Shown here one piece after another: positions 12,041-23,605 of a stretch of 64,000 bases of DNA. The notes under the pieces were generated by a model. It searched no databases. It saw only the letters and a program-made list of their open reading frames with translations, and had not been told where the DNA came from. The translations under genes and the position numbers were made by a program. Source of the DNA: Dimorphilus gyrociliatus (lineage: Eukaryota > Animalia > Annelida); NCBI GenBank assembly GCA_904063045.1, contig CAJFCJ010000008.1:124001-188000 (forward strand). The letters are read 5' to 3'. Within the stretch, counting starts at the first letter, position 1; every line of letters starts with the position of its first letter.

Positions 12041-14387
12041 TTAACTCTCTACTAAATTCATTTCATGAATAATAGTTTTTAATGCTTCTTTCGACTTTTG
12101 AAATTCTCTATGAGAACTTTTACTCTCTAGATGCATTGATACTTGTTCAAGAATATTCTTACATCGATCTCTTTTCATTGTTATCAGATAACGTTTTCCG
12201 TATTTATTTACAAGGGCTTTAGAAGGCTTTATAAATCTATGCGTCTGAAAATTTGCATAAAACACTGTTAGCCTATAGACTAAACGGGTAATAAATAAGT
12301 AATTCACCTTTATTTGCTGTTCAATCAATTTTTCAGCCAACTTTTTGTGTTCTAGCCAATTATCTCCAGTGATAATTATACAATTTTCAAGGTCCTTTTC
12401 CATTTCCTAATAGACGATTATCAATAATTTTAATCGTAATAAAGTTGGTATTAGATAAGAAAATTTATGCTTACATCTTGAACGGAAGCTAAATTTTTGA
12501 ATATATCTTGTGGAAGCGAATGCATTGTTGCTAGATGAAGAGTTTCATATGCTAATTGAGTAATTCCCAAATAAGCACTATTCATCGCCTATAAATTATT
12601 AAAGAGATTATTTAAGGATAATAACAAGGACATAACTTTGACTAACGTTTCTGTTAACAATGTCTTGAATAGCTTTTAATGTTTCAATAGGAGCAAGCTT
12701 TTCTAGCTTATTTTTACTTTGCCTAAATAGAAAGATATTCTCCTGATAGTATTCGCATTTAGCCTAGAAAGAAAATGTAGTACAACAACTATCATTAACA
12801 GGGTCACTATGGTATCTATAATAAATGAAAATCTTAAAAAGGGGCGTATTTAAACATACCCTAATAAAATTCTTAAAGACTCCCATTTGACTTTTTGTCA
12901 CTGGCTTAAACTGTTTCAACTTTTGAACAGTAAGAATGAAAGTGGAAAAATGGTCATTCAAGTCTCCTTGAGCTTTTGCCAATATTTGGATATTGCTTTT
13001 CTCATTATTGTTAACGATTTTCCTCTTGTCGTCGAGGGCTTCAATCATGTCTTGATACTGTTATTTTATTTAATATATAAAGAGACTTCGTAATAAATAT
13101 CGAAAAGCATTTTTCATTCATTATTTCTGATTTATTATAGATGAATCTTACTTTTGGAAGATAAATATCAATTTGTCTTTCAACGCCTTTAAATTTATCT
13201 CTAATATTTAAGAAATCCAACCACCAATTTCCTGTAAGATCTTCTACATTATCTTGTTCTATCTTACTCAACTACAAAAGAATGATAAAAATTTAATAAT
13301 ACGTCAATTTCAAATATTAACTTACTTGTCTACTTTCTAATTCGTTTTTACAATTTGTGCACACAGTGACGTAGAAGCATTGTTCGGGCTCCTTCTCCGG
13401 GGCTCCTATTACTCTTACAACAGATATTTCAACTGTACATGAACCAGTTATATCTGGAATGTAAACAATAACATCGTCTGCCGATGAACAGGCAACGCAT
13501 ATGGAATTAGCGCATATTGAACAAAAGTTTCTTGCTTGTAAAATTCCAAATTCCTTATTACAAGTCGTACAAGACGCTTGAAGTTTTGTTATCTTAGAGG
13601 AAGAATGAATAAAATAGATATTGAAATTATTGGCACATAGTTTGTTATTTACCATACACCTAGCAGGTTTTAACCACGTTGGGGTTCTAACCAAATTTTT
13701 TAAATCCATAACAGCTTTAACTAAAATAAACTTTTTAGCATGGTTTCTCATTCCTTCTTTTATTCTTTCTAATTCTTCGTCAAAGTTAAATGTTTTACTA
13801 CTACCATGGCTTCTTTTACTACCAGATGATGATGAATCGCCATGGAGTTTATGGCGAAGAGCATAAAATACATCTGTATGTTTATACGAATGTCCAATTT
13901 CTTGTGGATCTTTTTCTATACAATTTTCACAGACTTTTTGCAATCTACCATTTATATCTGGTAATGCGCTATTATTCAATTTTGTCCTAAATCTTGAACA
14001 TTTGATGCAAAATAAATCTCCACATCTTAAAGGGAAACATTTCAAACACTTATTAAAAAGTTTATAACGTAGGCAAACCTTCTGCAATGATGGTGTCTTT
14101 CTGTAAATGAGAAGGGTTTGTTACAACCGTAGCAAGTATCTCTTAAAGAACTCGGTTTCCAATGGTCTTTTCTAATGCCTATTTAAGGACAAGGTGACAA
14201 TGAATCATATGATACAACAATGAAGAAAACCTTGATTATTTTGCTAACCTCTATCAAGATATTCATTATTCTTATGCTGTTCCGTAACAGAATCAATTTG
14301 TGCTGTTGAATCTTCAATACTTTCTATATTTCCAGTTGATTTATTTTTAAATGGTTTAATAGCCATAGAAAATAGAGATGACGCCAT
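12041..14387 (-). CDS. Tandem FYVE zinc-finger protein with helical C-terminus, Pep7/Vac1/rabenosyn-like (about 576-596 aa)
   Basis: Exons 14249-14387, 14079-14178, 13326-14025 (probably split by an intron at 13593-13652), 13152-13271, 12860-13057, 12647-12763, 12475-12588, 12308-12406 and 12041-12244 are all GT-AG and frame-consistent. FYVE1 is HWKPSSLRDTCYGCNKPFSFTERHHHCRRCGDLFCIKC...KVCENC. FYVE2 is SCTTCNKEFGILQARNFCSICANSICVAC...TVCTNC. These are followed by IDIYLPKYQDMIEALD and helical segments. Confidence 0.85.
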
Positions 14388-15855
14388 ATTCGCACATCAA
14401 AGCTCTAATCTTACTCATACAATAACGATATATTAATTATAGGCTAATATCTTTACCCAAAAGATAGTTTATCATAATAATACTTGAGATTATTAAGAAA
14501 ATCGAATAAAATCAAAAGCCATTGAGCGATAAAAACACAATTTCATACTTCTAAAATTTGTACAAAATACTACCAGCTTTTGGAGCCATCTAGTGGATAA
14601 TAACATAAATTGCCTATTAACATGCTATCGTAAAAAGTTATTTTTCTCCCTACTAAATGAAAAGAAAACACGAAAAATGAAATATTTCTTACCTTTGGCA
14701 TCTAATTTTCCTGATAATAGTCAGCCTATACAAAAAAAAATACACTCTTGACATTTCCAAGAATGATTGCATAGGTAAAAAGAGGGAAAAAAATTAATTA
14801 AAAATAAACAGTTTTATAATAATGAGATAAGAGGAAGAAGACCAGAGAAAAGGAAAGAGAGAAAGAGAGAGTAAGAATAAGAAAAAGAGAAGGATAATGG
14901 TTAAGTGAAAACGAGCTAAAAGCAGTAGGATTGGATATAAGCTATTTCAATTTAGAGTTAACCTTGTTAATTAGTAAAAGTATCAATTAAATAATTTAAA
15001 TAGAAAATTTAATTACTCATCAGTAATACTGTCTAAAATTGACTGTTAATGAATTAATTGTTCTCGGTATAATATCCTTTAAGCTTAGGTTACCATTAAT
15101 TGATTAAAACAGTTCTTCCACCAAAACAACCGCCTCTATGCAAATTACTTTAGACAAGTAATAAATACAAAATATATCTTTATAATTCTAAAGAAATTGA
15201 TAATTTATATAGAATTATTATAAATAAACTTGTTGACTGTTTTTAATCCTTCATCATACATTTCTTTATCCTTTCTTTTCTATTAACTAAAAAACATTGT
15301 TTATAAAAACTAGCTGTCAAACTATCTACGCTAGTTGAAAAGTATACTATATAAAATTGTATATAGTATATGCAAGAAGGGTGTATGTATTTGGGCTTAC
15401 TTGTACGTTGTAGAATGATAGAATAGAATCTTATAGAATAATTGAAAACATACAACAGACACTTTTTATAATAAAGAAAGTAAAGAAATAAAGAGCAATA
15501 GGTAAAAATAGTTGATTGATTGAAAAAACCCCTAAAAGGGGCTCTATCTTTTCCTCCTTCCTCATATTTTTGTTTGTTTGTATATAGTACTATGTTGATT
15601 ATATATGAACTTTGAAAATTTTTTGTCTGTGATACCTCTAGTTTTTTTTTAAATAGATCATTTAATTAGATTAATTAATGGATAATAGATAATAGGACAC
15701 TATTAAAAGTAAGCTCGGCCTAGAAATAAAAGGATTCTATTATTATTATTCAGCCCATGGGCCTTACAAAACTGGTATTTACGATAACTACTTGATGTGT
15801 ACATGCATTTCACTTCACTAGTCACTTTTTCCAACAGTTGAGGTCTGTATTAATA

Positions 15856-18383
15856 ATGCAGAAGAACTATTTTATTAAATTGATACTTTTTATTGGATAT
15901 CTTTATTATTCTTGTGGAGATGTTAATTTTTTACGGAATAAAAATTACCTAGCTTACAGGCTGTTTAGTGTTAAAGGTTTGTAAGAATGTTATAAATTAC
16001 ACTATAATTTCTGCTAAATTACTCGCAGAAGTTTGTAAAATAAAATCAAGAATTAAAGGGAAAGAGAGAAATTTTTAGTCTACTTTTTAACCTTAAAAAA
16101 CTTTTTTCCCTATTCAGGTACAGTCTCAGGAAATCGTATAAGTATAAAGACAGAATCTAGAGCTGAAGTTGTTAATTTATCCTTAACTGGTTTTTCGCTC
16201 AGTAACTTTTTTCTTTTCTTTCTAAATACATAAATCGAACAAACAACAACTTTTAATTTCTTTTTCCTTATCTTTTTTATTCCTATTGTAAAATTTCTAG
16301 AATCTTCAGTTGTTTGTAAAAGTGAATTTGTTGAAAAGAGACTTCAAACGCTTAAAGATGATCGTATTGTTGTAAAAACATTTGTAATAAAGAATTACCT
16401 TAAAAAATATCCTAAGTGCGATAGTGTTCGCTATTCAATTTCATATTACTACGAGAATACAGGTAAATATCTCCTCTCTTTCAAATTATAGACAGCTTTA
16501 TCATCAATAAACTAAAATAATACATGTTTAAAAACAAAAACAATAATTAGATACATGTGGAAGTGTTGAAGAAAGTTCAATAGTTCAACCTAAAAGCATA
16601 AATGGAAAATGTTCATATAATATTCATGCTCCTTCTAAAAAATTTGTATATTGCGAATTCGCTTGTATTAAAGATTTAAGCAAAATATTTAAATATAAAG
16701 ATTCAACAGAGGAAACCTATAGCGAATTGGAAAAGAGCTTACAAATTTTAACGGCTGATCAATCTTTAAGTCTCTATACGGAACCAGAATGTAATATAAA
16801 TATAACTTATACTGGTGAGATTATATCAGATAAAGAAAAGTCTGTTTTTTAAAATCATGAATATTTCTATTAAACTTTAATTTAATTAATTTTACAGTTT
16901 TGGATATTTGCGGTTTTAAATTAATGGAAAATAGCAGAAAATATAAGCCAAATGTTACTATTAATTATGAAAATGGTCAATGTAATATAAGAATTGAAGC
17001 TATTGGAAAAGTTATATTTAATTTAGAAGCGTCACTTTTCAAGTTTATTAGAGAAAAGATAACGTTTCAATTAGAATATTTGAATGAAGGAAATATTGAA
17101 AATTATGAACTAAATGATAAAGTTCAAAAGAGTATTATAAAGAAATACGATAGCAATTTTCTTAGAATATCATATAACTTAAGTAATCAAAGTCCTATAT
17201 TTAAATTAGAACTTTCTAATTTATGCAAATTTACAAACGTTAATTTGCATAATTTATCAGAGATAATATCGATAGATAAAACTGAAAGAGCAATTAATGA
17301 AACAACAATTTGTTCATCAAATCTAATATCAAAAAATGAAGATATAGGAATAGCATTTTATTATAAATGCCAGTATACTTTCAACGGTAAAATATCCAAT
17401 GCAACGAATGGAAACCAAATCCATCCGAAGAAATTCTTTTATAACTCTACTCAATATTATTATATTGATTATGCAAATATTAGTCTTAATTTTCCTTCAA
17501 CACTGGGATGCGAAATATTCTATATGGGTAACATTTTAGAGCATCATAATTTAGAAATTAAATTTCATTATTACTATATACATAACCAATATATATATAT
17601 ATAATATAAACTTATGATTAAAAGCAGTATTTGTTTTCATTTTAAGCCTACGGCTGTAGAAAAGTACCTATACTTAGGAGAATGCAGTACGAGATTGATA
17701 ATAAAAACAATATAACTGAGGCTTTTTGCAATTCTCCATATGGAGAAGACGATGGAAAGTACAAAATTGTTTGCGAACCGTTTAGTGGTCTTATAACCTT
17801 GTCCAGGCCTATTGCCCTTTGTCGATCAGAGCACTTCGTAAAATCCTACGGTAAAATGAATAAATTATTTACTTATTTGGGGAGATTTCTTTTTATATAT
17901 ATATATAGCAACTGTAATAACGCTTAGTGTTTTTTTCTTTATTTCACTCTTTTTTTCCTACAGTTTTTCAAGTAGGAATTACAGCTATAATATGCGTATT
18001 TCTCAGCGGAACTTGTGTCATGCTAAGGGTTCTTTACGTCAAATAGTTAGTACTTAGATGCTATATTATATTTTTCTCTTTTAGGATTATTAATACTTTT
18101 TTTTTAGAATTCACTAGAAACGTAGACCTATAGTAAAGATAGAGAAAGTTTATATTAACATCTCAATAGATTCTATAGTTGACATTATATTTTATAACCT
18201 AGTAATGACCTATTTTTTCTTTTTTTAATATTTCATCTATCTAGTAAGAGAAGATCTTATTACGTGAAAGGAAACTGGGATAAATTAGGTTTGGCACGGA
18301 GAAACAACTCGGACAGAAATTCAATGGATATGGAAAATGATCAAAATGATATTGAATCAATGGAGCCTACTTTTACGCTGTGA
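15856..18383 (+). CDS. Type-I membrane protein A: signal peptide, divergent CUB-like repeats, sushi/CCP-like module, TM, short tail (about 561 aa)
   Basis: Exons 15856-15976, 16118-16201, 16301-16462, 16551-16814, 16898-17527, 17647-17850, 17964-18045 and 18245-18383 total 1686 nt in frame. Signal peptide MQKNYFIKLILFIGYLYYSCG; CUB-like DTCGS...KCSYNIHAP...CNINITYT; 4-Cys module GCRKVP...FCNSPY...IVCEPFSG...LC; TM VFQVGITAIICVFLSGTCVMLRVLYV followed by KYKRR. Confidence 0.8.
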
Positions 18384-18685
18384 TGAAAGGAAATAATGAC
18401 TTTTTCCCTTTAATAAACTATTAACACGGAAAACATTTTATATATGTATACTATATAAAAAACGATATAGATAATAATAAAAAGTATTGTTTTTTACTGC
18501 AAGATTTGATGTATACCAGTAGTTTTTTTTCTGTTTTTGCCGATAATAACCTATTTGCGGTATCGCAAAGATTAAGCTAATTTATCTTAATTTCCAACTA
18601 TTACCAAAGCCTACCCACATACAAACTAAGTCATTGTTACTAATTGCTATACGCCAACCAAACACATAATGAATTTGAGATAAAA

Positions 18686-21345
18686 ATGGCGGAACATTAT
18701 TTACAAACCTTCTATTTTTTCTATATCATTAATTTACTAGGATATATTCAAGGAGAAAAACTAACATGGGATGATATTAAAACTCTTCACGGTCATAAAA
18801 AATCAGGTATATATTTATGAATAACTAATGAATATAAATCAGTTTATATTTGACCAAAAATAGAAAATTGTATTTATTGCTCGGACTTCTCGCCTATTAA
18901 TATTCAAACTTGTAAGGATGATGAACGTCTAAATTATGCAGCGTTTATTCATCCTGGATACAAAGATGAAGCTGTCAAATGTAAAGAGGAGGAAGATGTA
19001 AAATATTTATTAGAAAAGGAGAGTATTTCAAATGTGAAAGATGAATTAGACGTTTCTTTAATAAAATTGAATAATTCAACGTTGGAAAATCTAAATTTGG
19101 GCGTAATGGAACCTTTAGAAATTCAAGATATTGATGTTAAAGTATCTAATTATATTTCTTACAATGAAAGAACAAAGAGGTTTATTGAGGAAGCGTGTTC
19201 TCTAAAATATGGTTTAACGGTTGAGTATTTATGTATTCCCAGTAAGTTAATACTATGATGTTGGAAAACTTCTATCAGATAAATATAATTAATATTTTTT
19301 ATTAAAAGAGAATAAAAGATGTATACAATCAAAAAATCATGAAAATTTTCACTTAATTGCATTAAGACCAAAAGACGGGAAATGTTACTTTAAATTGAAA
19401 AAATTGCAAAAGTTAGAAAGGATTGAAGTTACTTTCTCTACTGTTCCTCTTAAGCAATTACACTTAAAGCTGGAGATTGTCGGAGATCAAGATAAAAAGA
19501 ATTCAAATAATGTAGGCTCTCCTCTACAATTACAAAGTGACGAAATGGTGCTTCGATATCCTGAAAAGTACTTCATTTGGTTATATAATTGGGAAGGTAA
19601 GCTTTCATCTTCCACTCGTACCAGTCGCTTTGTATAAATCTATATACTGTATATTTATACAGTATATACAGTCAATCGATATTATTAGCGTTTCACTTCA
19701 ATATCTCTAAATGAAAATTTTTCTATCACCCCCTCCCACTATCCAATCCATGCATATATTTTCGCTCTTCTCTTTAATCAAATTATAGTCATGTGATCAG
19801 AAAAAATAGACGCGTAATTCCGTTAAAAGCCTTATATTGAATCTCTCGCATCGTTTTTAAACCCTAATCCCTCATCGAATACTATCAAAGTATCTAATAT
19901 TTTATTTATTTATTGTGATTATTTAAAAAACAACAGCATACCCATTTTGCGATTTGACTTTGAGTGATTGGATGAAAAACTATGTTACGCTAAGCCAAAT
20001 TGAAATGAATAATACATGTATATACAATTTGACGACAAATATAAATTATACTCTACAATTCGACGTTAAAGTTAGAAAGTTCAATGGAGAAGATGATAAT
20101 AAGATTCTTATTGAAGATTCAAATACAGATAATAGAATTTTTTATGGAAATTATATAAAGGATTTATCATTCTACGTATCACTTAGTTCATATTATGTAC
20201 TATCTCACAATTTAAAGGATTATCTATCTATTGAATTAAATAGTAGGTATAGTAAATAAATGCTTTTGAATTAAATAACCTAAATATTTCATTTCATGCA
20301 TTATTCATTAATACATAAAAAAGATAAAATGGATGCTTGTAGCTGGATTCATGGTAAGGCACATGAAATATATATTCGTTTTAGTCAGGATGGGGATTCT
20401 CCTTGTAAGGCTGTTCTAGATACTGGAGATGATGATTTTACAGTGAAATTAAGCGTAGAATGCCGCGATGATAGAGTGAATTTAGTAGTGAGGGCCCGGA
20501 ATTCGACAAATATCACGAAAATAGAGAAAGAGGAAGATATCTATTACAGAGAGTATATAGCGGATCATTCGGCCGTTGAAGTTGAAGTATTGAATCCAGC
20601 TGGTTGCATTATAACATACGATGGTAAGTTCTAAAGCAAATAAGAAAAACTCTTTGAAGTTCTATTTCAACATTCTTAGCCTATGGATGCCGAGAAGTAC
20701 AATTACTACAACGTATGAAATATAAAAAACGCGAGAAAAATGGGCAAAATAATGCTGAATGTCAATCGTATTATAACGAAGAAAATGGAGATTATAAATT
20801 TTCTTGTAGCCCGAATAGTGGGGTTATAAATTTTGAGAGAAATATTAGTCTGTGCAGAGATATTCCATTCGAAAAAACTTACCGTCAGTCTTTTCTTTTT
20901 TTACTCTTTTTTCTCAATCTTACATTCATATTTTAGTTTGTTTTATTTTGTAGCTTTTCATTATTATTTCAGTGTTTAAATTAGCTTTATTAATTGGATG
21001 CTATTTCCTAATTGGAATGTTTTTCATTACGGCTGTTGTCACTTACAACAAATGGTTAGTAAAGATTCTCTCTTTTTTTTCTTTCCTTCACTTTTTGTTC
21101 TATCTTTCTCCCTTCCTAAATCTAATCCTAGCCTTTATGTGCGCTAAGAGATGAAACGTTTAGATATCTTGGAAATATTAGCGTACTATAAGTACAGAGC
21201 CAGATGTTTTTATCTAATCCCCTTTACCTCTTTCCAGCTTTACTTTTACTACTTCATTTCCATAGTATTTTTACCCTATAGGAAGGATGCAGTTGACGGT
21301 GAGAAGACAGAAGAAGTGAATCCCAACACCATTGTACTGGAATAA
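18686..21345 (+). CDS. Type-I membrane protein B, tandem paralog of A (about 580 aa)
   Basis: Exons 18686-18806, 18864-19241, 19309-19596, 19937-20242, 20324-20623, 20680-20883, 20973-21054 and 21282-21345 total 1743 nt in frame. Signal peptide MAEHYLQTFYFFYIINLLGYIQG; CUB-like PFCDL...NNTCIYNLTTNINYTLQFDV; 4-Cys module AYGCREVQ...ECQSYY...FSCSPNSG...LC; TM LFKLALLIGCYFLIGMFFITAVVTY. Confidence 0.8.
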
Positions 21346-23605
21346 TACACTAGATGGCGATACTTTGTTACTTTTTGCAGTTTATCGTTTTATCGATAGC
21401 CGTAGTGTGTAAAGGGGCTCAAGCAGCAATACAATAGTATAATAGAAAACTAATTAAGTTTGAGTGACGTCTATGGAGCTAAATAAACAAAGTAAGGCAC
21501 GATTCAGCTGTCAAACTTGTCGTTGAGACGACTCTCGACTCAGCTCTGATCTCACATTATACAATCAAACTGTTTTATTGAACGAAATATAAATCCCTCA
21601 AGTTATATCTCCAAACATCGATGGAAGAGGGTGAATATTAGGCCTACAAATTCGTTTTTTCCATTAGTATATTGGTGAAAAAGTTTTTATTTACTCAACT
21701 CTCAAAGAAAAAGAGAAAACCTAAATCGGTTTCTTCATGTTTGTCCGTCAAGTTTTCGTTCCCTTTGAAAACCTATTGGATCAAACAATTCCCGCTAATC
21801 CGGCAATTTGTCGGAAATATTTTTCTCTCGTAGGAAGAGAAAGTAAAATTTCGAGCACGTGTAAAAACAGGCGGCTAACATCAATTATACGGAACTTGGA
21901 CTTTGTAATTAGTAGGTTTTTCTTTCTTTTTAAGTATATTCCCTTGTGGGAATAAGTACATATTTATAAACTTCTTTTATATACTATTTATATATGTTTT
22001 TTTTTAATTCTTTTCTCTATTTCATCTTTTACTAATTCCTATTGAAAATCACGTACACGTTGTGAACAAAGCTTGAAAATTATGGGGCTGAAGTGGGCAA
22101 CGGGTGGTGGGCGTTTTTGACACTGATTTTCTTGACACGATCAGTTGAAAGGTAAAAGTGCGTACTTGATTATAGATTATGCAACAAAAGATCATGAAAA
22201 ACCAGGGTGATTTTTTTTCCATTATCATGATAAAGACCCTAAAGCATTTTTTTCTTATGTAAATTCATCTAATTGAACTGTATTATACTAGAAAAAATTT
22301 TCTGGTCCTACTTCTCCTTTATGTTTTATTATACAAATAAACTTTTAAAAAGTTTATACAATAACCGTCTATTATTGCTTATATACTGGTAACTGTTAAA
22401 ATTGGTTTTGTAGTGTTTGTTGGGTTCATTTTTCACAACAAAAGACCCATTTAAATCGAATTTCGAATCGTAAATCGACGGGAAAAAAAAATAGTTTGTT
22501 TAGATTTCACTTAAAGATCAGACTTTTCTCAAATATTTTCCATAATAGAACAAAGTTATATATAAGACGTAAAATACTATTTACTCAATATACTATTAAC
22601 AGTATATATATATACAAACTTATTGTTGTAATTAAACTTTTCAATAGCAAAGAACTTTTTTACAATTGTTGTTCTTTATAGTTTTTTTTTTTTAAAAAAA
22701 AAAGAAGAAAAATACTGTAGAACAGAGGAACAAAATATGCAATTTCTATATTTCTATTCTTATTTAGAAAGATCAAAGACTGACTTAAAATTCTTTCTTA
22801 TTTTTTTTCTGTTCGATTAATTAAAAAGGAGTAGTTTCAAATATCGACAGGAGACAAAATATATTTTGACAATGGGGTTTGTGTCAATAGAAATGCTTAA
22901 TGGGATAGAAAAAATGTTTTTGATGAATAAATTCCTTCTTTATCCTTACGGGAACATGTGCGAAAGAGGCCAATCTTTTTCGAATTAACTAAAAGTAAAT
23001 AAAAAATAAGGAAGATTGGAAAAAGGGGAGAGGAGTGAAACTGGGGTTAGGGAAGAAATCTATGTGAATTAGCGCATCTGTTTCTTTGCCGCCTCCATGT
23101 AACATTCTCGATCGACGTTCCGAAATCTGACTCCTCTTGTTTCCTTTACAACGGCGGTTGTCGGTAGGGAGTAAATAAATTGCACATTTTTCTATTCTCC
23201 CTACACGTATATAAAGTACATTAAGTTTAGATAGGGATGAAGGGGGGCAAGGCCGGATCTATCGGAATTTTACTCACTCCTTAGCTAGGCCTAGCTTTTG
23301 GAGGAGCACCTGTTATCTGGAAAGGGCAAATAGAGTAGGAGGTGAGAGGTAGTGAGAAGGAACGCATCCTTCTACTCGTTTTTCAAACTGTCACTCAATT
23401 TTCAAAGAGTGCGCTGATAGGCGCATGAGATGGCGCCCTCTATATGAACACTAGGAGGCGTTATTGTCAGACACTTCGTCATTCGGAGACTCGCAGCCGA
23501 ACATGACGTAAACCAGAGAAAATAGTAAACTGTGGCGGGCTTTGAAAAACTTAAAATCTGCAAATTAGAGAAGAGAGGGAGAACAGAAGACGAAGAAGCA
23601 AAAAC

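Noticed and set aside
14990-15420. Minus-strand exon-like fragments between the FYVE gene and gene A
   Set aside because: In-frame stop and no homology evident.
21354-21437. 27-codon signal-peptide-like ORF (MAILCYFLQFIVLSIAVVCKGAQAAIQ) just after gene B
   Set aside because: No convincing donor or downstream exon; it lies in the likely 3' UTR.
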